A program made the position numbers and the translations under genes. A stretch of 64,000 nt of DNA from a virus: positions 1-64,000 of the IMG/VR virus record IMGVR_UViG_3300032278_000002. The stretch is one strand, 5' to 3'. The notes under the pieces are model-generated. The model saw only the letters and a program-made list of their open reading frames with translations. It was not told where the DNA came from and did not search any database. Shown here piece after piece: positions 40,204 through 50,162 of this stretch; position 1 is the first letter of the stretch, and each line of letters begins with the position of its first letter.

Positions 40204-41276
40204 CGCCAACCGAGCTAACTCAATGCTTGAAATTGGCTTTCATCAATAATGAGAACACTATTGTCACGGGGGCACCGGGACAGGGGAAAACGGCTCTCGT
40301 CAAGGACGCCATTCGTGCGGTCGGCTTTGACTCGATATTCGTTCACCTCTGCTGCAGTGACCCGGTGGATGTAAAGGGGATGCCACACTTCGACAAGGAT
40401 CCGGAAACCGGGGACACGGTGCCCAACTTCCTCCCCTTCGGAGACATGCGACGCATGATGTACGCCAAGAGGCCAACGGTGGTGTTCTTGGACGACTTCG
40501 GCACTGCACCGATATCAGTTCAAACCGGATACATGCAAATCGTTCAAGAGAGAAGATTGAATGATTTCCCAATCAGCGAGCACATCCGGTTCTGCATTGC
40601 CACCAACCGTTCGGACGACAAGGCCGGTGCCAACCAAGGCGTGATCGAAACAATCAAGGGTCGCGCTACCATCTTGCCAACACGCCCGGATGTCGCCGAG
40701 TGGTGCAATTATGTCAGCAAGCACGGCGTGGCTGATTACAGCGATGAACCATATGACCCATGCCCGCATGAGTTGTTGGCCTTCGCCCGCTTCGTCAATT
40801 CCAAGGGAACTCCGCTGTTCGAGTTCAAGGCGGAGAAGAACGTGGAACACCAGTGCTGTACTCCAAGGAACTTGTCTAGGATGGGCAGGTGGATCAATCG
40901 CTACCAAGAAGAAAGCATCGATATGTCTGATATTCCCTTGGCTGTCATCCACGGCACCGTGGGAGATGTGGTCGGTACCAAACTGGCCGGGTTCGTCAAG
41001 ACTATCAGCAAGTTACCTTCGTTCGCCGAGATTATGAAAGATCCTTACGGCACCCGCGTCCCCAACGAACCAAACGAGTGTTACGCGTTGGTTGGGTTCT
41101 TGGCCAACAAGGCTGATCATAAGAACTTCGATGAACTCGTAGACTACGTGCTTCGTTTCTCGCCCGAGTTCCGGATGGTGTTCCAACAGGACGTGGTCAC
41201 TAACAACGAGGCGTTGATGCAAGTATCCAAGTACGATGACCTGCTTCAATCCACCAAGGAAGTGGTGCTACCATGA
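40185..41276 (+). CDS. MoxR-like AAA+ ATPase
   Basis: Walker A GAPGQGKT, Walker B VVFLDD, sensor ATNR, TPR. Confidence 0.9.
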   Translation: MEIPTLTPTELTQCLKLAFINNENTIVTGAPGQGKTALVKDAIRAVGFDSIFVHLCCSDPVDVKGMPHFDKDPETGDTVPNFLPFGDMRRMMYAKRPTVVFLDDFGTAPISVQTGYMQIVQERRLNDFPISEHIRFCIATNRSDDKAGANQGVIETIKGRATILPTRPDVAEWCNYVSKHGVADYSDEPYDPCPHELLAFARFVNSKGTPLFEFKAEKNVEHQCCTPRNLSRMGRWINRYQEESIDMSDIPLAVIHGTVGDVVGTKLAGFVKTISKLPSFAEIMKDPYGTRVPNEPNECYALVGFLANKADHKNFDELVDYVLRFSPEFRMVFQQDVVTNNEALMQVSKYDDLLQSTKEVVLP

Positions 41277-42574
41277 CACGGATAAACGTAGCACCAACAT
41301 CAGCTCCCCTCAGCAAAGAGGACCAGAAAGACCTTATCGACAAGGGCACCCTCCGAATCAGACGCATTCAATGTCGGAAGCTGGTCATGGAAAAGCCCTT
41401 TTGGGCGGCGATCATGTATCAATTGTTGATGTCGGTTCGCATGGGAGAGGGCACTGCTTGGACGGACGGCCGCCGACTGGTGTTCGATGCTCAATTCATC
41501 GACTTGTTGACCGAAGAACAACTACTCGGACTCATCCTACACGAACTAGCTCACGTGGTGTTCATGCACCACCTTCGCCGAGGACCCCGGGACGGTCAAC
41601 TCTGGAACATGGCGGCTGATTATTGCATAAATTGGCTGTTGGTTCATGTCGACAGTCAAGTCCTGCCCGATGGGGCTCTTCTCGAGGATGAGTACAAGGA
41701 TGACACGGCTGAACAAGCTTACGCCAAGTTGTACAAGAAATATCCGCCGCCGCCGCAGGGGCATGGGAACCCTCCCGGACCTTGCAATGGTGGGCTGGGA
41801 GGTCAGCAACCACCGGGTGTGCCCGGCGTACCTGGCCAAGATTGGGGCGAAGTACGCGATGCGACTGGGGAAGGGGACGTAAAATTAACCGATTCCCAAA
41901 AGAAAGCGGCCGAGCAGCTGATGGCAGTGTCAATTCGACAAGCGATGAACACCGCCAGACGCCAAGGCAAGATGCCGGGTGGCTTGCGGGAGAAATTCGA
42001 GGGGTTACTCAAACCTACCGTTGATTGGAAGAAAATTCTCAACGACTTCTTGTCAGAAAGATTCCCCTTGGATTACAGTTGGACCACGGTCAATACTCGA
42101 CGCAGCCTCCCCGACTCCTGCCTCCCGGGCAGGGACGGAATCCAATGGGCACGGGTTGCCGTTGCCATCGACACGTCCGGTTCCGTGACAGTGGATGAGA
42201 TCCGGCAAATGTGCTCGGAGATAATGCACTGTCTGGACTGCTATGATTCAAATGGTCAAGGGATGGAAATTGACGTCCTTTACTGTGACACTGAGTTACA
42301 CGGCCATGAAACACTGACGTCCGGCGACATGCCGTACCAAGAAATCAAGGGAGGCGGAGGCGGTACCATGTTCTCTCCAGTCATGGAGGAGTTCAAGGAC
42401 CGTCAATACCTCACCGAAGACCCAGCCGCCTTGATCTACATGACGGACGGCTGCTGTGATGATTTCGGGGATGATCCCGAAATCCCTGTCCTCTGGATGA
42501 TGGTCGGGGATTACTATAATAAAACATTCAAACCACCGTTCGGCACTGTTAGCCGGATGGAACTTGCTAACTAG
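41273..42574 (+). CDS. DUF2201-type metallopeptidase-vWA protein
   Basis: AWTDG, HELAH (HExxH), WNMAADYCIN; MIDAS DTSGS, GGGGT, YMTDG. Confidence 0.9.
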   Translation: MTRINVAPTSAPLSKEDQKDLIDKGTLRIRRIQCRKLVMEKPFWAAIMYQLLMSVRMGEGTAWTDGRRLVFDAQFIDLLTEEQLLGLILHELAHVVFMHHLRRGPRDGQLWNMAADYCINWLLVHVDSQVLPDGALLEDEYKDDTAEQAYAKLYKKYPPPPQGHGNPPGPCNGGLGGQQPPGVPGVPGQDWGEVRDATGEGDVKLTDSQKKAAEQLMAVSIRQAMNTARRQGKMPGGLREKFEGLLKPTVDWKKILNDFLSERFPLDYSWTTVNTRRSLPDSCLPGRDGIQWARVAVAIDTSGSVTVDEIRQMCSEIMHCLDCYDSNGQGMEIDVLYCDTELHGHETLTSGDMPYQEIKGGGGGTMFSPVMEEFKDRQYLTEDPAALIYMTDGCCDDFGDDPEIPVLWMMVGDYYNKTFKPPFGTVSRMELAN

Positions 42575-42584
42575 GAAAGGAAAA

Positions 42585-43556
42585 ATGACTAAGCTACATA
42601 TGGCTACTAGCCAAAACGACCCCAGAAATGGGAAAATACTACAAATCGCCAAGCTCAAGGGACTTCGTCCCCACTTCACCAAGTGGGTCAACGGTATTCT
42701 GATTGAGCAGGGCTTCGTTGACTCCGATGGAACGGCTAAGGGCGGATTAGGCCACGCTGTCCGTGGGCCTTTGGTCGGTGACGACCGGGTCGAGGAGTTC
42801 TACGATAGAGTAATCAATGGATTGGAGGCCGTTGAACCTCTTGCGCCCGGAGATCCCTTGCCCGAGGGACATCCGTTTGCAATTCCCCTCGCCGAGTTGA
42901 TGGCAGGAGAAAAGGAGACGCCTGTGGACCGCACGAGCACAATAGAAAAATACACGGCTGACTCCGAAGAAGTTGAAGCCCATTCCAAGAATGATGGCGA
43001 GGTTCGAGGCGTTGACAGCAAGGTCGATCCGCTCGATGCCGCTCAACCCTGCCCCGAGCTGGCTTGCCAAGTGGATGAACAAGTCGGTGACCCAAATCCA
43101 TTGGCCCACGTAACTGCTGATGAACTCGATGGTTTCCGGGAATTCATGACGGGAGCTAAGGATACTGCCAAGGAAGCGCTCAAGGAAGTGGTTGTTCTCG
43201 GTGAATCCAATATGCTCATGGAGGGGAGACTCTCCGCTTTGGAGCAACAAAACTCCGCTCAACGACTCGACAAGGTCGAAGACATACTCGGGAATTGCTC
43301 GAATCCGTGTCAAGGTGATCCCGACGAGACTCCAGCTCAGACACTCAATGTGATTGAGGCCCGACTCAGCCAAGCGGAGGTATCTCTCCAAGACTTGGGG
43401 GACTCTCTCCCCGGGGGAGCTAGCAATCGTGATGGCGCGGACATTGCTGCAATTACCGCAAGCATAACGCACGCCGTGCTTGATGAAGTAGTCAAGCTGT
43501 GTGTTACCCGTAACGATCTTCAAGTTTTACTCAACCTAAATAAGGAAGGCAAATAA
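42585..43556 (+). CDS. Acidic coiled-coil hypothetical protein
   Basis: ATG 42585 after AGGAAAGGA; RLSALEQ/RLSQAEV heptads. Confidence 0.75.
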   Translation: MTKLHMATSQNDPRNGKILQIAKLKGLRPHFTKWVNGILIEQGFVDSDGTAKGGLGHAVRGPLVGDDRVEEFYDRVINGLEAVEPLAPGDPLPEGHPFAIPLAELMAGEKETPVDRTSTIEKYTADSEEVEAHSKNDGEVRGVDSKVDPLDAAQPCPELACQVDEQVGDPNPLAHVTADELDGFREFMTGAKDTAKEALKEVVVLGESNMLMEGRLSALEQQNSAQRLDKVEDILGNCSNPCQGDPDETPAQTLNVIEARLSQAEVSLQDLGDSLPGGASNRDGADIAAITASITHAVLDEVVKLCVTRNDLQVLLNLNKEGK

Positions 43557-44416
43557 TGACGGATATAAGAAAGAAGGCTCAACTAGTGGCGCTGCAAGTC
43601 AGCAGCTGGGGTGGGCAGAAAGTCGACAGGAGTGTGTCAATCGCTACCTGTCAATCGCAGAACGCCGATCGCAAGTCGGGAAGTTTTGTAAAGAAGTTGG
43701 TACCTCCCGAGGCTCTTAAGCCTAGGGGGCGTGCCGTCAATGCGCTACGTGAGTTCATCAACCACATAACGCTCCCATGGGACAGGGGTCGGCGACTTCT
43801 CCCCAACCAATCGTACATGAAGAACCTGCCATCAATCGACAAGCACATACAAACCGTCAATGATTGCACCAACACCTTCTTGAACGATTACGCTTCTTGG
43901 GAGCAGGCGGGGAAAGCTCAGCTCGGCAATATGTACGATCCCGGGGATTACCCATCAATCCCGGACTTGAGGCAACGCTTCAGTATTGACCTCGAGTTCG
44001 AGCCCATACCGAGAAAGGAGCACTTCCTCCTCGATATGCAACAAGCAACGGTCGATGAAATTGCAGCCAAGGCCGAGAAGGTCGTTTCCAAACGAATGCA
44101 AGAAGCTCAACAGTCCGTGTGGACTGGCCTCCTCGAGGTGACGAGCCACTTCGCTGACGTAATGGCCCAACCGGACAAGCGATTCAAGTCATCCACTCTC
44201 ACCAACTTGTTGGACACCTTGGAAGTGGCTCCCTCTCTCAATCTTGAGGATGACCCTGTGCTTAATGACGTGGTAACCGACATTCGCACTTGCCTCAAGG
44301 GGCTTGACGCTGATCAACTCCGCAAGAATCCGTTACTTCGCAAGACTGCGGCCAATGCAGGCACGAAAATCGTTGGCGAAATAGAACAAATCTTAGAAAT
44401 GGCAGATGCCGTTTAA
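43556..44416 (+). CDS. DUF3150-like protein
   Basis: VSSWGGQKVD, KKLVP, TLPW, YPSIPDLRQRF; usual partner of AAA/vWA pairs in mobile elements. Confidence 0.7.
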   Translation: MTDIRKKAQLVALQVSSWGGQKVDRSVSIATCQSQNADRKSGSFVKKLVPPEALKPRGRAVNALREFINHITLPWDRGRRLLPNQSYMKNLPSIDKHIQTVNDCTNTFLNDYASWEQAGKAQLGNMYDPGDYPSIPDLRQRFSIDLEFEPIPRKEHFLLDMQQATVDEIAAKAEKVVSKRMQEAQQSVWTGLLEVTSHFADVMAQPDKRFKSSTLTNLLDTLEVAPSLNLEDDPVLNDVVTDIRTCLKGLDADQLRKNPLLRKTAANAGTKIVGEIEQILEMADAV

Positions 44417-44990
44417 CCTAAAAACCAAAAGAAAGAACAGAATAGTGAAAACAATAGTAGAAAAACCAATAACCGTACGTGATCGCGTACGGAATGTAAT
44501 AGAGAATAACTCAACACTTCCCACGCTGGACGTCATGTCGCAGGAAATGGGAATAAACAAGGCGAACCTATCCAATGAAATCTCGGTCATGCGAGGCTTG
44601 GGGTGGTCAATTGACATAATTGGCGAGAGGGGCAATCCCCGAGGTTACGTGGTAACTCCTCCTCACACCACATGGACCCCGGATGAAAAGAGGAGCTCAC
44701 TAGCTCGGTCAATGGAGCAATCGGGAATATATCGAGCGGAAGATGGAACGTTTCGAGCTGACCAGAAGAAGAAGGCCAAGAAGAAGCAACACCGGAAAAC
44801 AAGGCGAGAGCTTGCGGGAAAGCAACTGCAAGAAACAATTGCCCGACGCCGGAACCCGCAGCTCGACATAATACTGCACGTAACTGACTTGGATGCCAAG
44901 CTGACCCGGTACGCCAAATACTTCGTAGTTCTACTGGGGGTGATATCAGTCAGTATCGCCGCCCTCGCAATACACACAATAATCAACTGA
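44406..44990 (+). CDS. Winged-HTH protein with C-terminal transmembrane helix
   Basis: TLDVMSQEMGINKANLSNEISVMRGLGWSI...RGY; YFVVLLGVISVSIAALAI. Confidence 0.65.
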   Translation: MPFNLKTKRKNRIVKTIVEKPITVRDRVRNVIENNSTLPTLDVMSQEMGINKANLSNEISVMRGLGWSIDIIGERGNPRGYVVTPPHTTWTPDEKRSSLARSMEQSGIYRAEDGTFRADQKKKAKKKQHRKTRRELAGKQLQETIARRRNPQLDIILHVTDLDAKLTRYAKYFVVLLGVISVSIAALAIHTIIN

Positions 44991-45010
44991 TCTGGGAGGA
45001 TCACATCAAT

Positions 45011-45646
45011 ATGGCTATAAAAACCAACAACGCATTGTCAGCTTTCGGTAAGAAGGCGGCAACTACATCAACGAAAGTCTACTCAAAGCTACCGGACCCG
45101 GACGGCACTATCTCCAAGATGGTCGACCAACGGGTGGATTGCGCTAGCACCGAGAAGGCCGCTTCCGGCACCAAGAAACAAATCGATGGTGTCTTGAAGA
45201 ACTACGGCCTCGATACTTGGGTGGATAACAACGAGGATAAGGACCTCACCGAGGACACGTTCCAAGCGGACGGCAAGTCCGGCTCGGTGAAGGTCATATT
45301 CACCAGCCGTTATTACGACCTAACCATCGACCGAGAAGATCCGAAGTCAGCCCAACGCCTCAGCGAAATCCAATCACTGTTGGGCCTATCATACGGACGG
45401 TTCGTCACGGAGAAGTTCAAGCTGGACGTGGATGGTTCCGCCATACCGGCCGACCAACAAGAAGACTTCCTCGGCGAGCTCGCGGAACTTCTCGAGAAGC
45501 ACGGATCCAACCCGGCGGAAGCTGTCCAAGTGAAGGAGGTGCTGGCCATCAGCAAGAAGTTCCATGGGGAACGACACTCCATACTGTCCCAAGAAGAGAA
45601 CAAGCACTTCCACGACTTGTGGTCCTGTGTAGTGGCGGTAAAGTAA
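45011..45646 (+). CDS. Hypothetical protein
   Basis: GGAGG upstream; strong codon bias. Confidence 0.8.
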   Translation: MAIKTNNALSAFGKKAATTSTKVYSKLPDPDGTISKMVDQRVDCASTEKAASGTKKQIDGVLKNYGLDTWVDNNEDKDLTEDTFQADGKSGSVKVIFTSRYYDLTIDREDPKSAQRLSEIQSLLGLSYGRFVTEKFKLDVDGSAIPADQQEDFLGELAELLEKHGSNPAEAVQVKEVLAISKKFHGERHSILSQEENKHFHDLWSCVVAVK

Positions 45647-46374
45647 TGCAAGACAACATTCCGGGATTACTACCAACGGACCCGGATTCATTACCGTTCT
45701 TCCATCAGCGTCCCATGACGGGTGGAAGATTCGAGCAGCAGTTGGGGTTCATCCCCCAGCTGCTTAGCTTGAAGTATAACGGCTGGATGGCTCTTATCCA
45801 TCTGACATCCATGAGGATGTTCAACCGACATGGTCAGCCGTTAAGCATCAGTGATGAGTTCGCATCCGTCATCAATACGTTGAGCAGACACTCGATCCGT
45901 ATTCCGCACCAGCAATCCGATCCAGCGTGGCTTGTTTGCGAGGCACTCCAACGTCGACATGACATCGGGCGAGGCTCTTTGTTCGTAATTGACTATTGGG
46001 ACTGCCTTTCCACTCAGGATCCACATGCTGGGACGCATTGGAAAAACTCAAAGGGACGTTACTCGGCAGGGACCAGCAAATCCTCGATGCATGCTCCTCC
46101 ATTCATAGAGCGGCATGAAAGGCTGAGGACCTTTCTCCCTGTCCATGACTGGAGAGACAAGCCGCGGGAAAACAACGTGTATCTCATTGATCAATTCGCG
46201 GCCTCGGATGAAAGGGCCACGGATATCTGGGAAGAAATCCCCGAGGTCAATGAACGTTGGGGCTGTGAGTTCTATGAAGGATTCGTGGCCACGCAACGCA
46301 ACAGTCAGCTGAAACCGCAGTACAACTCAAACAACAAATGTAGCCATATTATAAAGTATAGACATGATAACTAA
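45646..46374 (+). CDS. ATP-dependent ligase-like nucleotidyltransferase domain, divergent, no OB domain
   Basis: LKYNGW (KxDG-like), FNRHG, VCEAL, FVID, PFIER, EGFV. Confidence 0.65.
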   Translation: MQDNIPGLLPTDPDSLPFFHQRPMTGGRFEQQLGFIPQLLSLKYNGWMALIHLTSMRMFNRHGQPLSISDEFASVINTLSRHSIRIPHQQSDPAWLVCEALQRRHDIGRGSLFVIDYWDCLSTQDPHAGTHWKNSKGRYSAGTSKSSMHAPPFIERHERLRTFLPVHDWRDKPRENNVYLIDQFAASDERATDIWEEIPEVNERWGCEFYEGFVATQRNSQLKPQYNSNNKCSHIIKYRHDN

Positions 46375-48877
46375 TGAAAATCCAGTACTAACCTACTCCA
46401 TTGACGGGTTGATTCAAATCAACTTGATGGATGACCAACGAGTCGAGCTCGGCAAGGAGTGGTGTGAAAAACTCGAGTGCTTCGATGGCAAGATCGCCGA
46501 AGAAGTTATTCGTGAGCAATACTTGAGGGAACATGCTCAAGAAATAATAGATGCCTATAACGATGACTTGTTCAAGATAGCAGTATCAGTCGAGATCAAG
46601 TTGAACGTAGCGTTAAAGGCATACGGGAAAGCCTGCGCTCCATTGATGCCCCCAACTGACTATGAGCTCATCGCCTACGTGGATGGGTTGCAGAAGGGGT
46701 TGGTTTGTGACGACGCCGTATCCGGCATGTCGTTCACCAAGGGATGGACATATCCTGTCCGCACGGAATTCTTCGAGTATTCGGAGAAGTTCGTAGTCAA
46801 TCGTCCTTATTACGATGAAAAGACCAAGAGCTATCTGAAAAAGAAGCACCGGATCAGCCGTAAAGGGAAGGATCGAGCCATCGTTGTTCGGGACGACTTC
46901 GGCGAGGAGAACTACTTCTTGGAAAAGCCGACCCTGTTTCCAACGAGCCGGCTGCCCTCGAATGGGCAATACAGACTGCACGACATCGATTGTATGTGGC
47001 TGGCTTTCCAACGGCCTAAGATATCCACGGTCAAGGAGACCTTGAGAGAAACGTATGATGATGTGATCAATCGGCTCGAGGTATATGAAATGATGTGCGG
47101 ATTCGAATACTATGAAGGTCAGCGAGATTTCATTGCTCGCATGGCGTGCCGGGACTTCGGCATAGTGGGCGCCGCCTGCGGATGCGGGAAATCCTTGATG
47201 GCTATCACATTGATGAAGGTGAAGGAGGATGCCTTGAAAATCTTACTCATAGCACCGGCATCAACTGTGACCAGCGGAAATGGGTACACTCCCGCTCAAT
47301 GGGCGCAAGAGTTTGCCGACTTCGCTCCCGACATCAACACCTTCGAGTTGTTCTCGTTCGATCACTACGAGTTGTTGAAGAAACGGTACAAGGGCAAGCT
47401 GCCCCCCGGAGTGTACATCACTTACCCCGAAGCCATGTTTACTTCGGGCGCTCGGGAGTACTTACCGCAAACATGGAAAGAGGAAGGCCGAAAGGATCCT
47501 TGGCTGGTCGAACGAAAGTTCCGGAAAATCATGAAGATGCCGCCTGTGGACGAGGACAATCTCATACATGAGGAGCAGTATCACAAGGGGCTTGGACAAA
47601 CTTGCGGAGAAGGGGAGATACTCTGCGTTGCGAAACCTAGTCTGAGTTCGGTGGTGTCCCAAGAACAAGGCGACTTCGACATGATCGTATTGGACGAGGC
47701 CCACACCGTGGCGGCGAACATAAAGTCACAGAGAGGTCGCGCGTTCCTTCGAATGCAGTCAAAGTACCGGTACTGCCTATCGGCTACTCCCATTCCCAAT
47801 AATATTGGCGACTTGTTCGGGATAATGGGATGGGTCACCGTTCCCAAGTGGTACAGGGGGAACAAGCGCTCAGTTAGCTTCCCTTACTCAATTGAGCAAA
47901 AGGGTAACTTCGAATCCGCTTACTTGACCTACGAAGATGACTTGACCGCCACCATGCGAGCATCGGTCAAATATGTCAAAGGTCGGCAAAGAAGAGTGCG
48001 AAGACGGTCCAACATAGTGAGTCAACCCACTAGCCTGCTCAAACTACTGAAGCCTACCATTGGATATGTTGACAAAAGCGACTGTCGGAACGACATGCCC
48101 AAATGTATCATCAATGAAGTTAGGGTTCCGTTGGGACAAATACAAGCGCGGGCGTACCACATTGCCAAGAGTATGGCGAGAGGGGCCTTTGCCCGATACA
48201 GCCAGCTTAGGCAAGTGTGCGCGGACCCTTCCGCTTATGGATCGCCTCCGGAAAATCCAAAAACCATGACCGTGCTGCAATTAGCGCTGCAGTGTCTCGA
48301 GAAGCACGAGCAGGTGGTAATCGTGTCGGCACGCCACGGAATGACCAACGCGTTGGAGGAAAAATTCTGGGAGTCTGGAGTAACGACTTCTCGATTGGAC
48401 GGGTCTATGTCGTCGAGAATGCAAAGCCAAGAATCACAGGATTTCAAGGATCAACGAACACAGATTATGTTGATGGGAATCAAATGTGCGATGGGTCATT
48501 CCTACCCGCAGTGCCCCAACTTGATATGTACGAGCTTGGAGTGGAGTTACGGCACCAAGGAACAAGCCTTCGGGCGTGTGTTCAGAGTCAACTCTCCCAA
48601 GACAGTCAATATCTGGTGTGTGCTGCATGCGGAATCCATCGAGGATACCATGTTCTCCCGAGTCAGCGACAAACAGGAGTCAGCATTGCTCTGTCTCCAT
48701 GGAAAACGAATGACTCGCACACCCAAGTTCTCCACACCGGAGGACATCTTGGCGGAACACCTCATTGATTACGCCGCCGGGGAAACGATAGATGAACAAG
48801 TTTGCATAAGGGAATGGCCGTCCTTACGCACCAAGCTTGCCGATGCGGCCCAAATATTCGACCCAACACTAGCATGA
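46364..48877 (+). CDS. SNF2-like helicase/ATPase with N-terminal extension
   Basis: GCGKS, LDEAH, LSATPIPN, QLRQVCADP, QAFGRVFR. Confidence 0.88.
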   Translation: MITNENPVLTYSIDGLIQINLMDDQRVELGKEWCEKLECFDGKIAEEVIREQYLREHAQEIIDAYNDDLFKIAVSVEIKLNVALKAYGKACAPLMPPTDYELIAYVDGLQKGLVCDDAVSGMSFTKGWTYPVRTEFFEYSEKFVVNRPYYDEKTKSYLKKKHRISRKGKDRAIVVRDDFGEENYFLEKPTLFPTSRLPSNGQYRLHDIDCMWLAFQRPKISTVKETLRETYDDVINRLEVYEMMCGFEYYEGQRDFIARMACRDFGIVGAACGCGKSLMAITLMKVKEDALKILLIAPASTVTSGNGYTPAQWAQEFADFAPDINTFELFSFDHYELLKKRYKGKLPPGVYITYPEAMFTSGAREYLPQTWKEEGRKDPWLVERKFRKIMKMPPVDEDNLIHEEQYHKGLGQTCGEGEILCVAKPSLSSVVSQEQGDFDMIVLDEAHTVAANIKSQRGRAFLRMQSKYRYCLSATPIPNNIGDLFGIMGWVTVPKWYRGNKRSVSFPYSIEQKGNFESAYLTYEDDLTATMRASVKYVKGRQRRVRRRSNIVSQPTSLLKLLKPTIGYVDKSDCRNDMPKCIINEVRVPLGQIQARAYHIAKSMARGAFARYSQLRQVCADPSAYGSPPENPKTMTVLQLALQCLEKHEQVVIVSARHGMTNALEEKFWESGVTTSRLDGSMSSRMQSQESQDFKDQRTQIMLMGIKCAMGHSYPQCPNLICTSLEWSYGTKEQAFGRVFRVNSPKTVNIWCVLHAESIEDTMFSRVSDKQESALLCLHGKRMTRTPKFSTPEDILAEHLIDYAAGETIDEQVCIREWPSLRTKLADAAQIFDPTLA

Positions 48878-49893
48878 GTATTAACAAAGCAGTTAACGCG
48901 TGGTCCGAATGGTTGGGGGAGACTCTCTCCCCCGCCCTTCGGGACACATATGAAAAACGACTGAAAGCTTTCGCCAAGAGGCGGAAGCTCAAGGACGTCA
49001 CTTGGAAAACCATCAACCAGTTTCTGAGAGACAAAGGCAAACGCGGGTTGAAGTACAGTACGATCAAGCAATATATCAGCGCTTTGAAAAGCTTCTGCAA
49101 ATTTGCTTACGCCGAGGGCTTGCTGGACAAAGACCCGTCTTCACTGATAAAGATACGGCCGCAAACCTTAGCCATACGACAGCTCGAGGATGAGCCGCGT
49201 GTTCCGTTCACCTACGACGAGTATGAGTCAATCTTGGCGTACGTCACGATGTGGGAACATGGGGCAAAGCAGATGAAGACACGGCAATGGGCCACCTTCT
49301 GGAAGATTGCGGTTCCCTTGTCGTACTGGACGGGAGTTCGTCTGCATGACTGCGCTTGCCTCGAGGTAGGTAATTTCTATTACGAGTTGTTTGACTACGA
49401 GCTGCCGAAATTTGCAGGCATGCTTTTTTGGACGAAGAAGAGAAACAAGAGGGTCTTTCTACCACTGGATAATCCGCTGATAGGTCACCGTCATTTGGTG
49501 GACATACCGAACCAATTGAAAAGAAGGTCATGGATCGCCGCCGCCTCCGGTGCAGTATCCCACCAATACGGAAATGCCGAGAAACTGGACGATCTCAACG
49601 GGGAGTTCTATTTCCCCCTGCAATATAGACTTATCGACTCTCCTCAAAGAAACCAATTCTCCCAGCGATTCAAAAGAATCACCGACTCGTTGGGCATCCA
49701 TGGAAAAAGTTTCCATTGCCTAAGGCATTCGTTCGCCACCCGCTTGGAAGAAGCTGGCGTAACTTACGAGGATATCGCTAGATTTATTGGACATGGTCAA
49801 ACGATAACCACCCAAGGGTATTGCCACGGGCAAGAGTTGCCCGATTTAGGTATCCCGAACCAAGCTAGAAAATTCTTCAACCCGAAATACTGA
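48874..49893 (+). CDS. int: Tyrosine recombinase/integrase
   Basis: SAM-like N-domain (STIKQYISALKSFCKF), TGVR, FHCLRHSFAT, IGH, TTQGY; catalytic residues appear intact. Confidence 0.93.
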   Translation: MSINKAVNAWSEWLGETLSPALRDTYEKRLKAFAKRRKLKDVTWKTINQFLRDKGKRGLKYSTIKQYISALKSFCKFAYAEGLLDKDPSSLIKIRPQTLAIRQLEDEPRVPFTYDEYESILAYVTMWEHGAKQMKTRQWATFWKIAVPLSYWTGVRLHDCACLEVGNFYYELFDYELPKFAGMLFWTKKRNKRVFLPLDNPLIGHRHLVDIPNQLKRRSWIAAASGAVSHQYGNAEKLDDLNGEFYFPLQYRLIDSPQRNQFSQRFKRITDSLGIHGKSFHCLRHSFATRLEEAGVTYEDIARFIGHGQTITTQGYCHGQELPDLGIPNQARKFFNPKY

Positions 49894-50162
49894 TGACTAA
49901 AGTAAACTACAAAGTAGGCACCCGCTACCCGTATCGCTGTTCTAACTGCGGACACTCGGGACGTGCGCGCCGTCGATATCACTGTTCCAACTGCGGACGC
50001 ACGGGGCATAACAAAAGGAACTGCCCGGAACCGGAAAACAAATACAGCTGGGTTTTGACAAAGGAGTACGAGAAATATCGCGTATTCATAAGAAGTTTGC
50101 CAACATGGATGACAAGCCGATTTCCGATATGGCATCCGAAGAACCCGAGGAATGTAACATGA
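49893..50162 (+). CDS. CCHC zinc-knuckle protein
   Basis: CSNCGRTGHNKRNC fits C-x2-C-x4-H-x4-C; TGATG/ATGA coupling. Confidence 0.7.
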   Translation: MTKVNYKVGTRYPYRCSNCGHSGRARRRYHCSNCGRTGHNKRNCPEPENKYSWVLTKEYEKYRVFIRSLPTWMTSRFPIWHPKNPRNVT

